Assembly (NCBI GenBank): GCA_900766325.1
Contig: CAAFVA010000063.1
Span: forward strand, 1 to 35,583
Reading direction: 5' to 3'
DNA from: Bacilli bacterium
GTDB taxonomy: Bacteria > Bacillota_I > Bacilli_A > RF39 > UBA660
Length of the DNA: 35,583 nt
The notes beneath the pieces are model-generated. The model had not been told where the DNA came from and did not search any database. It saw nothing but the letters and a program-made list of their open reading frames with translations. Position 1 is the first letter of the stretch, and each line of letters starts with the position of its first letter. The position numbers were made by a program, and so were the translations under genes. Below are positions 14,826 to 24,433 of this stretch, piece after piece.

Positions 14826-16610
14826 TTGAATAAAATAAAGGTAATGGACGATGTTTTGGCTAATAAAATAGCAGCGGGAGAGGTTGTTGAAAAATGCGTT
14901 TCGGTTGTAAAAGAATTAGTTGAAAATAGCGTTGATGCTTTAGCAAGTGAAATAAAAATAGAAGTTGTTGACGCTGGTACAAAACTAATAAGAGTGGTTG
15001 ATAATGGTACTGGTATGAATAGGGATGATGCCGTCTTAGCGTTTCAAAGGCATGCAACAAGTAAACTTTTTGATGAGATGGGTCTTTTTAGAATATCATC
15101 ATTAGGATTTAGAGGTGAGGCACTTCCTTCAATCGCGGCGGTATCTATGGTAGAACTTAAAACTTCTACTGGAGAAGTTGGTACCAAGGTAATTATCGAA
15201 GGTGGTAAAGTAATAAAGATTGAACATTCTGATGCAAGGCGGGGAACGGAAATAACTGTTAAAAACTTATTTTATAATACGCCAGCAAGATTAAAATACT
15301 TGCGTAGTTTATATAGTGAGCTTGCAAATATATGTGAATACGTAAATAAAATGGCTCTTTCTTATCCGGAAATTAAATTTACTTTAATAAGTGATGATAA
15401 AGTGTTATTAAACACTGATGGGACAGGTAATTCACTTAAGGTTATAAAAGAAATATATGGATCAAACGTTGCTCGAATGATGAGAAAAATAGACGTGTTT
15501 AATGATGATTATGACGTATCAGGTTTCATATCATTACCAGAAGTTACAAGATCATCTAAGTCGCATATTATAACACTTGTAAATAAAAGGGTTGTTAGAA
15601 ACGCCGAATTAAATCGGGCGATTAACGATGCCTATCACACTTATAAGCCAGAAACTAGGTACCCGATCGTCGTTTTGAACATTAACACCGATCCATCACT
15701 GGTTGACGTAAACGTTCACCCTGCCAAATTAGATGTTAAGTTTAGTAATTTTGATGACTTAAAAGAGTTAATTAAAAATGGTATTAAAAGAGTTCTTGAT
15801 AACGCTCTTTTAATACCTAAAATAGAAGAAAAAAAAGAGGTAATAAAACCCGTTATAAAAGAGCAGCAACTTAATTTGGAAAGAGAGAAAATAATAGAGG
15901 ATAACACTTTGGATTATACTTTGTTTGATGAGCCTGTATTAAGTGTTAACGAGGACTTTACTCATCAGGTAAAAGATGACGAAATGTTAGACGAAAAATT
16001 TTATAGCGAAGAGAAAAATAAGGTTGTAATGCCTGAGATGTACCCGGTAGGACTTGCCAAAGGAACGTATATAATTTGTCATAATGAACTTGGAATTTAC
16101 ATGATAGATCAGCACGCAGCTAAGGAAAGAATAAATTATGAAGGGTATAAAAAGGCGTTTGGTAATCCAAACGAAAGCAGTATAAAAATGCTTGTACCAT
16201 TAGTTTTAGAATTTCCAAGTAATGAATTTATAATCATAAAAGAAAACTTAGGTGTTTTAAAAGATATGCATTTTGACATAGAAGAAAACGGAATAAATAC
16301 CTTTGTTATAAAAGAGCATCCGACCTGGTTAAAAGAGGGTTATGAAGAAGAATCTATAAAAAAAATACTTGAGGTTTTAATAGATCAAGAAAAGAATTTT
16401 ACGATTGAAAAATTTAGAGAAAAAGCAGCGATTATGCTTAGTTGTAAAATGGCGATTAAGGCTAATATGAACATCTCAATGAAGGAGATGGAGGCTTTGA
16501 TTGATGATTTAAGGAAATGTGAAAACCCTTATACTTGTCCGCATGGAAGACCAACAACAATATTTTTTAGTAATTATGAACTTGAAAAAATGTTTAAAAG
16601 GGCGATGTAG
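14826..16610 (+). CDS. mutL: DNA mismatch repair protein MutL (endonuclease type)
   Basis: TTG start 6 nt after AGGAGTGA. GHKL ATPase motifs are present (ANKIAAGEVVE, DNGTGM, GFRGEAL). The C-terminal endonuclease motifs are DQHAAKERINYE and CPHGRP. Confidence 0.95.
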   Translation: MNKIKVMDDVLANKIAAGEVVEKCVSVVKELVENSVDALASEIKIEVVDAGTKLIRVVDNGTGMNRDDAVLAFQRHATSKLFDEMGLFRISSLGFRGEALPSIAAVSMVELKTSTGEVGTKVIIEGGKVIKIEHSDARRGTEITVKNLFYNTPARLKYLRSLYSELANICEYVNKMALSYPEIKFTLISDDKVLLNTDGTGNSLKVIKEIYGSNVARMMRKIDVFNDDYDVSGFISLPEVTRSSKSHIITLVNKRVVRNAELNRAINDAYHTYKPETRYPIVVLNINTDPSLVDVNVHPAKLDVKFSNFDDLKELIKNGIKRVLDNALLIPKIEEKKEVIKPVIKEQQLNLEREKIIEDNTLDYTLFDEPVLSVNEDFTHQVKDDEMLDEKFYSEEKNKVVMPEMYPVGLAKGTYIICHNELGIYMIDQHAAKERINYEGYKKAFGNPNESSIKMLVPLVLEFPSNEFIIIKENLGVLKDMHFDIEENGINTFVIKEHPTWLKEGYEEESIKKILEVLIDQEKNFTIEKFREKAAIMLSCKMAIKANMNISMKEMEALIDDLRKCENPYTCPHGRPTTIFFSNYELEKMFKRAM

Positions 16611-16611
16611 T

Positions 16612-17475
16612 ATGATAATATCTATAGTAGGACCAACTGGTGTTGGTAAAACAAAAATGTCGGTTGCGTTAGCTAAAAAGTATAATGCTGAGATAATAAG
16701 CTCGGATAGTATGCAAGTTTATAAAAAGATGGATATTGCAACCGCTAAGGTAACTGAAGAAGAAAAAGAAGGTGTAAAACACCACTTAATAGACATAAAA
16801 GAAGTAACGGATGATTATTCGGTTTATGATTATCAAAAAGATGCAAGATGCATTTTAAATAAGTTGTTAAATGATAATAAAAACGTTATTATTGTTGGTG
16901 GTACTGGACTATATTTAAAAGCTTTACTTTATGATTATAGATTTAATAAAATAGATACTAAAAAAGATTTTTCTTCATATTCAAACGAAGAACTTTATAA
17001 CATGGTACTTAAAATAGATAAAAATAGTAAAATACACCCTAATAACAGACAAAGGTTAGAAAGTTTTTTAAACAACCATGATAAAAGTGTTAATACAACT
17101 GATAAAATGCTTTATGATGCTAAAATAATCGGATTAACAAGACCAAGAGATGATTTGTATGATACAATAAATAAAAGGGTAGATAAGATGTTTGATGATG
17201 GTTTACTTGATGAAGCTAGGTATTTTTATGATCTTAAAATAAATTCTAAGGCGCTTAATACAGCAATAGGGTATAAGGAGTTATTCTTGTATTTTGATGG
17301 TAAGATAAGCCTTGATGATGCAAAAGAATTAATTAAAAAAAGATCTCGTAATTACGCTAAAAGACAATATACCTGGTTTAATAACCAAATGGACACCAAG
17401 TGGTTTATGGTTGATCCTCTTAATTTTAACAAGACGATTAATGATGTTATTTCTTATATTCAGTCAGGTAGTTAA
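16612..17475 (+). CDS. miaA: tRNA dimethylallyltransferase
   Basis: MIISIVGPTGVGKTK P-loop N-terminus, plus SSDSMQVYKKMDIATAK and GGTGLY. Start is ATG 16612. The longer track ORF from 16519 overlaps mutL and adds non-homologous sequence. Confidence 0.92.
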   Translation: MIISIVGPTGVGKTKMSVALAKKYNAEIISSDSMQVYKKMDIATAKVTEEEKEGVKHHLIDIKEVTDDYSVYDYQKDARCILNKLLNDNKNVIIVGGTGLYLKALLYDYRFNKIDTKKDFSSYSNEELYNMVLKIDKNSKIHPNNRQRLESFLNNHDKSVNTTDKMLYDAKIIGLTRPRDDLYDTINKRVDKMFDDGLLDEARYFYDLKINSKALNTAIGYKELFLYFDGKISLDDAKELIKKRSRNYAKRQYTWFNNQMDTKWFMVDPLNFNKTINDVISYIQSGS

Positions 17476-17511
17476 AGAAAAAAGATTTGGTTTTATTTAA
17501 ACACGAATCTT

Positions 17512-18441
17512 TTATTGTGCTTCAACGTATATTTTTTCATTAAATACATGCTCAGTATCAGACTTACTTTTTAATGTCCCGGTATCAATTAAGAAATATT
17601 CACTACTTAATACGTCAGAGCCATCAGAAGTTATTGGATCGTCCCATGTAAGGTCTAAATGAAGCCATTTACCTTCAACGTAAACTAAGTTCCATACGTG
17701 TGTGTTTGATGATATACGGTAATTTTTAACGTTCATTTTCTCTAAAAACAAACCCATTGTATCAGCGTATCCACTGCATATTCCAACGCCGTCAAATAAA
17801 ACCCCATACGCAGTTGAGGAATTAACGTCCGAAAGACCAGTCGTATTACTAGAATCATACCGTGTGTTATTTATTATATAATCATGGAATATCTTTATGT
17901 TTTCCATTACGTTTTTACTCGAATCATAGTTTTGGTTGTATATTTCATCAATTTTTTCATTTATCTTTTTTATTTGGTTATCAGTATAACGAGTTTCTTT
18001 TTTTAAGGTTATTTTTCCGGTACTAGTAAAGGTTGTATTTATTTTATTAAAGGTGTTAAAAGGATGAACAAAATTACTTAAATCAGTAAGGTAAGTATTG
18101 TTTTCAACCATTTTTTTAACGTCACTTATACAAGATAGATAATCAGGATCGCACTTAAAAGTATATTCTTGCCACCCGGCATCTAAAAACGTATATATTG
18201 CGTTTTTTGCATCTTCTTCGTTTTTTATGGTGGTATCTGTATTTATTTTTACATATTCATAATTTTCTTTTTTTTGATAATCGTTACTATTTAACGTTTG
18301 TCTTATGTCGGGTTCAAAATACTTAACGTATACATATTCTATTTTATTTGTTATTAAGTAGTAGTTATCATATATTAAATAACCTAAAAGCACCATTAAT
18401 ACAACCGTAACCGTTAATTTTAGTAATTTTTTATTTTTCAT
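17512..18441 (-). CDS. Membrane-anchored transglutaminase-like (Cys-His-Asp) domain protein
   Basis: N-terminal TM (LKLTVTVVLMVLLGYLIY). The core is GVGICSGYADTMGLFL...NTHVWNLVYVEGKWLHLDLTWDD, matching the transglutaminase-like catalytic Cys/His/Asp spacing. Confidence 0.75.
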   Translation of the reverse strand: MKNKKLLKLTVTVVLMVLLGYLIYDNYYLITNKIEYVYVKYFEPDIRQTLNSNDYQKKENYEYVKINTDTTIKNEEDAKNAIYTFLDAGWQEYTFKCDPDYLSCISDVKKMVENNTYLTDLSNFVHPFNTFNKINTTFTSTGKITLKKETRYTDNQIKKINEKIDEIYNQNYDSSKNVMENIKIFHDYIINNTRYDSSNTTGLSDVNSSTAYGVLFDGVGICSGYADTMGLFLEKMNVKNYRISSNTHVWNLVYVEGKWLHLDLTWDDPITSDGSDVLSSEYFLIDTGTLKSKSDTEHVFNEKIYVEAQ

Positions 18442-18490
18442 ATCATCACCACATTAATTATACCAATAAAACATAAAAAAAAGAAGTAAA

Positions 18491-18733
18491 TTACTTTGAT
18501 TCATTTACCTTTTTTGATAATCTTGATTTAAGACGAGCAGCTTTATTCTTTTTTATAATTCCTTGACCAACAGCTTTGTCAATTCTTTTGTTTGCGGTGT
18601 TTAAGTTTTCTAAAGTAGCTTCTTTTTCCACTTTTTTAACCGCGGTTTTCATGCTACCTTTTTTTAAAATGTTAGCTTCGTGTTTTGAAGCGATAACTTT
18701 AACCCTTTTCTTAGCACTTTTAATATTTGGCAT
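18491..18733 (-). CDS. rpsT: 30S ribosomal protein S20
   Basis: MPNIKSAKKRVKV matches the B. subtilis S20 N-terminus (MPNIKSA). The second ATG (18733) is better spaced from AGGAGGTGA. Confidence 0.93.
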   Translation of the reverse strand: MPNIKSAKKRVKVIASKHEANILKKGSMKTAVKKVEKEATLENLNTANKRIDKAVGQGIIKKNKAARLKSRLSKKVNESK

Positions 18734-18841
18734 CATTTCACCTCCTGGCGTTTTTCATAACTTCTTATAGTTTAGCAAAAAAAAAATAAAAAATCAATAA
18801 TAAATACTATTTTTGGCAAAAATATAAAGGGTGATAAAATT

Positions 18842-19852
18842 ATGCATAAAGTAGATTTAAAACGATATGAAACAAGAACTGATATGGCAATTGATTTAAC
18901 TGAAAAGGATAGAATAACATATAAACCAGAAACATATAATAAAAACGGGGTAAAAATTACTAAGATTAACCTTGATAAGAACAATAACATCGGAAAAAAG
19001 CCGGGTAATTATTTAACTTTGGAATTCGATGACGTAACCGATGATGATGCTTTAAAAAACGTATCTTTGGTGTTTAAAGAAGAACTAGTTAGTTTTTTAA
19101 AGCAGGCCGGACATACTAAAGAAACTAAAACACTAGTTATTGGTCTTGGAAACGCAAAATCAACACCAGATGCACTAGGACCTTTTACATCGGATAAAAT
19201 AATCGTTACAAAACATCTTTTTGACATGAATGTTTCGGTAGATGAAAAACTTTCCTGTGTATCATCTTTTTATCCTGGTGTGACCGGATCAACTGGTATC
19301 GAAACGAGTGACTTGATAAAAGGTATAAAAGAAGAAACGAATCCAGATTTGATAATCGTTGTTGATGCCTTATCATCCACCTCAATATCAAGGGTAAACA
19401 AAAGCATTCAGGTATCAGATACTGGTATTACGCCAGGAAGTGGTATTGGTAACAAAAGAAAAGAAATTTCTAAAGATACGCTTGGGGTACCTGTTATTGC
19501 AATAGGAGTTCCAACGGTTACCTCGGCATCAGTAATCGTATCGGATACCATTGGTTACATGATGAAGCACTATGCTTATAACAAAAAACTTCTTAATACT
19601 AAAGCATCAAAGTTAATTACAAAACCAGTTAATTATCTTAATAAAGACGTACCCATTAATGGCGAAGATAAAAAAAACTTACTTGGTTTAGTTGGTCTTT
19701 TAAGTGAAAAAGAACTATCAGAACTAATTTGCGAAGTTTTAACGCCAATTGGTTATAATCTTATGGTAACTCCTAAGGAAGTTGATTTTGTAATTGAAAA
19801 ACTAAGTGAGGTAATAAGCTATGGAATAAATCATAGTCTTCATGAAATATAA
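18842..19852 (+). CDS. gpr: Germination protease (GPR endopeptidase, family A25)
   Basis: N-terminal ...YETRTDMAIDL, the motif VIGLGNAKSTPDALGP and a second Asp region IIVVDALS. It follows rpsT as in Bacillus. Confidence 0.9.
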   Translation: MHKVDLKRYETRTDMAIDLTEKDRITYKPETYNKNGVKITKINLDKNNNIGKKPGNYLTLEFDDVTDDDALKNVSLVFKEELVSFLKQAGHTKETKTLVIGLGNAKSTPDALGPFTSDKIIVTKHLFDMNVSVDEKLSCVSSFYPGVTGSTGIETSDLIKGIKEETNPDLIIVVDALSSTSISRVNKSIQVSDTGITPGSGIGNKRKEISKDTLGVPVIAIGVPTVTSASVIVSDTIGYMMKHYAYNKKLLNTKASKLITKPVNYLNKDVPINGEDKKNLLGLVGLLSEKELSELICEVLTPIGYNLMVTPKEVDFVIEKLSEVISYGINHSLHEI

Positions 19853-19918
19853 TACTTTTTATTTACTTCGACAATAATGACAGTTTGTTTATGATAAGTT
19901 AAGATCAAGGTGATCATT

Positions 19919-20830
19919 ATGAAACAGTTTAAATCAAAAAAAATAAAGAAAAGAAAACGAATGCTTTTGGTTATATTTGTTTTCTTTTTTGTCTTTTCTT
20001 ACGTTTTTGCGGTTAAGTACTTAAAAGAAAACAATCTTGATAAAAACGTTTTAAGTACCGATGTAAATTATGTTAAGTTTAACATTACAAAGTATTTATC
20101 TGATAAGGCAAGTAAGGTTGTTAATGCACCGGTTAGCCTTCTTAACCGAAGTGTTAAAAACGCAAGCTACATAGAAACCAAAAGAACCGATTTAAACACT
20201 AAAAAAGATGATGTAAAAAACGTTGTCCAAAGTGATTCGTTTGAACCTACCATATATGTTTATAGTACTCATGAATCTGAAGGGTATACCGATTACTCCG
20301 TACTAGAGGCTGCGAGTTATTTGACCGATGAATTAAATAATTTTGGTATTGATACTTATCACGAAGAAAAAAGTGTGTCGACTTTTTTACAGACCAATAG
20401 TATGAAATATTACGAATCATACGTAGTATCAAGAAAATATATAGATGAGGCTGTAAATAACTATCCTAGTATTACTTATTTTTTTGATATTCACCGTGAT
20501 GCTTTAAGTAAGGATAAAAGTACGATATCGATTAATGGTAAAAGTTATGCTAAAGTATTGTTTTTAGTTGGTCGTGATAACGAGTCTTACGAAGGTAATT
20601 TAGAGAGTGCAAAAAGTTTAAACGAAATAATAAATAACATGGCACCTGGAATTAGTAGAGGAGTGTTAGAAAAAGGTGGAAAAGGTGTTAACGGGGTATA
20701 TAACCAGGACGTATCTAAAAACTCATTTTTAATAGAAGTAGGTGGTAATAATAACAATAAACAAGAAGTAATAAATACAATGGATGTTATTGTTAAGGCC
20801 ATTATTAGCTACACCGGAGGCAGGGTATGA
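19919..20830 (+). CDS. spoIIP: Stage II sporulation protein P
   Basis: N-terminal TM, then IYVYSTHESEGY, FFDIHRDA and FLIEVGGNNN. ATG 19919 lies 7 nt after AAGGTGA. The position after gpr is conserved. Confidence 0.88.
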   Translation: MKQFKSKKIKKRKRMLLVIFVFFFVFSYVFAVKYLKENNLDKNVLSTDVNYVKFNITKYLSDKASKVVNAPVSLLNRSVKNASYIETKRTDLNTKKDDVKNVVQSDSFEPTIYVYSTHESEGYTDYSVLEAASYLTDELNNFGIDTYHEEKSVSTFLQTNSMKYYESYVVSRKYIDEAVNNYPSITYFFDIHRDALSKDKSTISINGKSYAKVLFLVGRDNESYEGNLESAKSLNEIINNMAPGISRGVLEKGGKGVNGVYNQDVSKNSFLIEVGGNNNNKQEVINTMDVIVKAIISYTGGRV

Positions 20831-21153
20831 TAAGTTATAAAAAGATATTTCATACTTTTATTTGGGTTTTATTCATAAGTTTTTTAGTTTTGTATTTTGC
20901 TCAAGCTGGAGGTTATTACGAGGATTTGAACAACAAAAAAGCGTCTTTAACCGAAGAAAAAATAAAACAGTTTGAAGAAGATGTTAAGAAAGGTAAAGAA
21001 ATAAAAGTTGAAAACTACGTGGTAGACATAAAAAAAGATTATGGAAATAACGTATCATCATTTGGTTTATTTACCTCTAAAACGTTTGCTGAGGGTTTTA
21101 AATGGACGATGAATAAAGTTTTTAGCGGAATTGATAAGGTTGTTAATGAATAA
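20827..21153 (+). CDS. yqxA: YqxA-like small membrane protein (DUF3679-like)
   Basis: ATGA overlap with the spoIIP stop (translational coupling). It has one N-terminal TM and is about 108 aa. It occupies the position of B. subtilis yqxA between spoIIP and lepA. The call rests mainly on synteny. Confidence 0.5.
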   Translation: MISYKKIFHTFIWVLFISFLVLYFAQAGGYYEDLNNKKASLTEEKIKQFEEDVKKGKEIKVENYVVDIKKDYGNNVSSFGLFTSKTFAEGFKWTMNKVFSGIDKVVNE

Positions 21154-21182
21154 TTGACAGAAAATAAAATTTTGTATATAAT
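21154..21182 (+). promoter_or_regulatory. Consensus sigmaA promoter of the trpS leader
   Basis: TTGACA (21154-21159), a 17-nt spacer, then TATAAT (21177-21182). Confidence 0.8.
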
Positions 21183-21421
21183 CAAAATATATTTAAAGCA
21201 ATGCGCAAGAGTAGTAGCTAAAATAAGTATTAAAGAGAGTAACTGTAAGGTGTAAAGTTATATACAAGTTTTAGTAAATGGACTTGCAAGTGGATACCGA
21301 AAATAAAAGTAGGCTATCACGGTTGTTATCCGTTACCTTATAACATATGTATGATGGTACGTATTTAGGTGGCATTAAAAATAAGAATAAACTCTTATCC
21401 TAAAAGGATGAGAGTTTTTTA
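21183..21421 (+). promoter_or_regulatory. T-box riboswitch leader with Trp (UGG) specifier
   Basis: Stem I has base helix GCAAG(21205-21209)/CTTGC(21283-21287), an AG bulge (AAAGAGAGT) and a distal-loop GGTGTAAAG. The specifier UGG at 21279-21281 is followed by the conserved purine A, right before the 3' base strand. A T-box-like AGGUGGCA at about 21367-21374 has UGGC able to pair with a G73-CCA acceptor end. A terminator lies at the end. Confidence 0.8.
21391..21421 (+). terminator. T-box terminator hairpin
   Basis: ACTCTTATCC-taaaa-GGATGAGAGT (one G-U pair) followed by T6. Confidence 0.8.
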
Positions 21422-21512
21422 TATTTAAGGAGTTGATAAAATGTTTTACAAGCGATGGTGTATATACACTTACTAAAACAAATAAAATATAAATTAAGGA
21501 AGGAAAATAATT

Positions 21513-22556
21513 ATGGGAAATATTATATTAACAGGAGATAGACCAACAGGACCTTTACATATTGGTCATTATGTTGGGTCTTTAAAAAACAGGGTAAAAT
21601 TACAAAATGAGGGTAATTATGATGAGATGTACGTTTTTTTAGCGGATGCTCAAGCTTTAACTGATAACTTTGACAACCCAAAGAAAGTAAAGGATAACGT
21701 ATTAGAAGTTGCCTTAGACTATTTGGCGTGCGGGCTTGATCCTAGTAAAGTAAACATTTTTATACAATCAGAAGTATCAGAGTTAACGGAGTTAACCTTT
21801 TATTACATGAATTTAGTAACCGTTGCAAGATTACATAGAAACCCAACGGTTAAAGACGAAATTAAACTAAGGGGATTTGAAGAAAGTATACCCGCTGGAT
21901 TTTTCACTTATCCGGTTTCGCAAACGGCGGATATAACGGCTTTTAAAGCAAATATCGTACCAGTTGGGGATGATCAGCTTCCAATGTTAGAGCAAGCAAG
22001 GGAAATCGTAAGAAAGTTTAATTCTATTTATGGTGATACTTTAGTTGAACCTGATGCACTTTTACCTGAAAATGAAAACGCAAGAAGATTAGTTGGAACT
22101 GACGGTAGTAGTAAAATGAGTAAGTCATTAGGTAACTGTATATACTTAAAAGATTCTGAAGAAGAAGTTAAGAAAAAAGTATTTAGTATGTATACGGATC
22201 CTAATCATATAAGAGTAGAAGACCCTGGCAAAGTAGAAGGTAACGTTGTATTTACGTACTTAGATGTATTTTGTAAGGAAGATTCATTTGAAAAATACTT
22301 ACCAGAATATAAAAGTCTAGATGAGTTAAAGGATCATTATAAACGTGGTGGTCTAGGTGATATGAAGATAAAAAGGTTCTTAAACGACGTTTTACAAGAG
22401 GAGTTAGCACCAATTAGAAAAAGAAGGGAAGAACTTGCTAAAAACCCGGAAAAAGTATACGAAATCCTAAGAAAAGGAACTCTTGCAGCAAGAAAAAAAG
22501 CAAAGGAAACATTAAAAGAAGTAAAAAAAGCCATGATGCTTAATTACTTTGAGTAA
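21513..22556 (+). CDS. trpS: Tryptophan--tRNA ligase
   Basis: Class I synthetase motifs HIGH ([10 protein letters not shown]) and KMSKS (SSKMSKSLG). It is 347 aa and is preceded by a T-box with a UGG specifier. Confidence 0.93.
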   Translation: MGNIILTGDRPTGPLHIGHYVGSLKNRVKLQNEGNYDEMYVFLADAQALTDNFDNPKKVKDNVLEVALDYLACGLDPSKVNIFIQSEVSELTELTFYYMNLVTVARLHRNPTVKDEIKLRGFEESIPAGFFTYPVSQTADITAFKANIVPVGDDQLPMLEQAREIVRKFNSIYGDTLVEPDALLPENENARRLVGTDGSSKMSKSLGNCIYLKDSEEEVKKKVFSMYTDPNHIRVEDPGKVEGNVVFTYLDVFCKEDSFEKYLPEYKSLDELKDHYKRGGLGDMKIKRFLNDVLQEELAPIRKRREELAKNPEKVYEILRKGTLAARKKAKETLKEVKKAMMLNYFE

Positions 22557-22557
22557 T

Positions 22558-22587
22558 AAAAAGTCTTAAGGATATAAGACTTTTTTA
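22558..22587 (+). terminator. Rho-independent terminator after trpS
   Basis: AAAAGTCTTA-aggata-TAAGACTTTT hairpin running into a T-run. Confidence 0.8.
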
Positions 22588-22595
22588 ATTTTATT

Positions 22596-22604
22596 TGCTA
22601 TAAT
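22596..22604 (+). promoter_or_regulatory. Extended -10 promoter element (TGcTATAAT) upstream of lepA
   Basis: Exact TGnTATAAT lies about 18 nt upstream of ATG 22623. Confidence 0.45.
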
Positions 22605-22622
22605 ACTATTTAGGTGAGGAGT

Positions 22623-24416
22623 ATGAATAAGAAAAACATAAGAAACTTTAGTATAATTGCACATATTGATCATGGTAAATCTACTATTGCTGATAGAATA
22701 CTAGAGAAAACGGGTGCTATTACGAAAAGAGAATCTAAAGACCAAATACTTGATTCGATGGATTTAGAGCGGGAACGCGGTATAACGATAAAGTTAAACG
22801 CGGCTTCTTTGACTTATAAAAAAGATGGTACCGAATATTTACTTAACCTGATAGATACTCCTGGTCACGTGGATTTTTCTTATGAAGTATCAAGAAGTTT
22901 AGCGGCTTGTGAAGGTGCGTTACTAGTTGTTGATGCTGCTCAAGGAATAGAAGCACAAACGATTGCGAACCTTTATCTTGCGCTTGATAATAACTTAACC
23001 ATAATACCGGTTATTAATAAAATAGATTTACCTAATGCTGATGTAGAAAAAGTAAAAAAAGAAATTATTAGTACGTTTGGTTTTAGTGATGATGAAATTA
23101 TTTTAACAAGTGCTAAAACTGGTGCTGGAATTAATGAACTTTTAGATGCGATAGTAAACAAGATTCCTTCTCCTAACGGGGATGAAAACGATAAATTGCA
23201 GGCTTTAATCTTTGATAGTGTGTATGAATCATATCGTGGTGCTATTATATGGATAAGAGTGGTTAATGGATGTGTTAAATTAGGGGATAAAATAAAGATG
23301 CTTGGTACTCAAACGGAGTATGAAGTGATAGAATTAGGTAAACATACTCCTAAGGAGATAAAAGTAAATGAATTAAAAGCTGGTGAAGTTGGATATTTGT
23401 GTGCATCAATTAAAAGTGTTAGTGATGTTAAAGTAGGAGATACCATTACTTTACTTAATAATAGTGCTGATGCTCTTTTTGGTTATAAGTATATTAAACC
23501 GATGGTTTACTGCGGTCTTTACCCAACAGAGTCAAATCGTTATACGGATCTTAAAGACGCTTTAGAAAAGCTTAAGCTAAACGATGCTTCTTTATCGTTT
23601 GAACCAGAGACATCCGCCGCGTTAGGCTTTGGTTTTAGATGCGGATTTTTAGGTATGCTTCACATGGACGTTACAGAAGAGCGAATCGAAAGGGAGTTTA
23701 AAATAGACATTATTGCAACAAGTCCTTCGGTTGTGTACGAAGTTATAAAAACTAATGGTGATGTAATAATGGTAGATAACCCAAGTAAGATGCCTGATAG
23801 AACGTTAATTAAAGAAGTAAAAGAACCATACATTAAAGCTAATATCTTTATTCCATCTAATTACGTTGGAAACATAATGGAATTATGTGAGCAAAAAAGA
23901 GGTACGTATATTAACATGGAATACATAAATGAGACGAGAGTTAACATTCATTATGAACTTCCTTTATCAGAGATTGTTTATGATTTTTTTGATAAGCTAA
24001 AGTCATACACTAAAGGATACGCATCGTTTGATTATGAGTTAATAGGTTACAAAACTAGTAATTTGGTTAAAATGGACATTTTAATAAACGGACAAATCGT
24101 AGATGCTTTATCACTAATTGTTCATAAGGATTTTGCTTACTTACGTGGTAAAAAAATAGTAGAGAATTTAAAAAATATAATACCAAGGCAATTATTTGAG
24201 GTTCCTATTCAAGCGGTAATAGGAACAAAGGTTATCGCAAGAAGTGACATTAAAGCACTAAAGAAGAATGTTTTAGCAAAATGTTACGGTGGTGATATAA
24301 CCCGTAAAAGAAAACTATTAGAAAAACAAAAAGAAGGTAAAAAAAGAATGAAAAGAGTTGGTAACGTTGATATACCACAAGAAGCATTTTTATCCGTCTT
24401 AAGCGTCGATGATTAG
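22623..24416 (+). CDS. lepA: Translation elongation factor 4 (LepA)
   Basis: [28 protein letters not shown] and the LepA-specific C-terminal domain. ATG 22623 is preferred over the track GTG 22614, which has no RBS upstream. Confidence 0.95.
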   Translation: MNKKNIRNFSIIAHIDHGKSTIADRILEKTGAITKRESKDQILDSMDLERERGITIKLNAASLTYKKDGTEYLLNLIDTPGHVDFSYEVSRSLAACEGALLVVDAAQGIEAQTIANLYLALDNNLTIIPVINKIDLPNADVEKVKKEIISTFGFSDDEIILTSAKTGAGINELLDAIVNKIPSPNGDENDKLQALIFDSVYESYRGAIIWIRVVNGCVKLGDKIKMLGTQTEYEVIELGKHTPKEIKVNELKAGEVGYLCASIKSVSDVKVGDTITLLNNSADALFGYKYIKPMVYCGLYPTESNRYTDLKDALEKLKLNDASLSFEPETSAALGFGFRCGFLGMLHMDVTEERIEREFKIDIIATSPSVVYEVIKTNGDVIMVDNPSKMPDRTLIKEVKEPYIKANIFIPSNYVGNIMELCEQKRGTYINMEYINETRVNIHYELPLSEIVYDFFDKLKSYTKGYASFDYELIGYKTSNLVKMDILINGQIVDALSLIVHKDFAYLRGKKIVENLKNIIPRQLFEVPIQAVIGTKVIARSDIKALKKNVLAKCYGGDITRKRKLLEKQKEGKKRMKRVGNVDIPQEAFLSVLSVDD

Positions 24417-24433
24417 ATAGGGGGGAGAATACT

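Noticed and set aside
16519-16611. N-terminal extension of the miaA ORF in the track (start 16519), overlapping the 3' end of mutL.
   Set aside because: The extension (MKTLILVRMEDQQQYF...) has no similarity to MiaA. The canonical MiaA N-terminus (MIISIVGPTGVGKT) starts at ATG 16612, right after the mutL stop.
17476-17511. Possible bidirectional terminator between miaA and the transglutaminase-like gene (AAAGATT...AATCTTT).
   Set aside because: The stem is only about 7 AT-rich base pairs and the loop is about 20 nt. That is too weak to call.
18737-18841. Forespore (sigmaF/sigmaG) promoter upstream of gpr, expected from Bacillus biology.
   Set aside because: I could only find weak partial matches (TCAATA ... 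AAAAATA) in very AT-rich sequence. They are not strong enough to annotate.
20827-20830. Possibility of an alternative genetic code (TGA = Trp, as in Mollicutes and relatives), given the low GC content.
   Set aside because: spoIIP terminates at TGA (the ATGA overlap with the next gene). Trp in conserved motifs is encoded by TGG, and all homology-supported ORFs close at the expected lengths under code 11.
21291-21293. A second TGG followed by A, which could be an alternative T-box specifier codon.
   Set aside because: It lies 3' of the base helix CTTGC (21283-21287). TGG 21279-21281 sits in the canonical position, which is the 3' end of the specifier loop, followed by a purine and then the base-helix strand.
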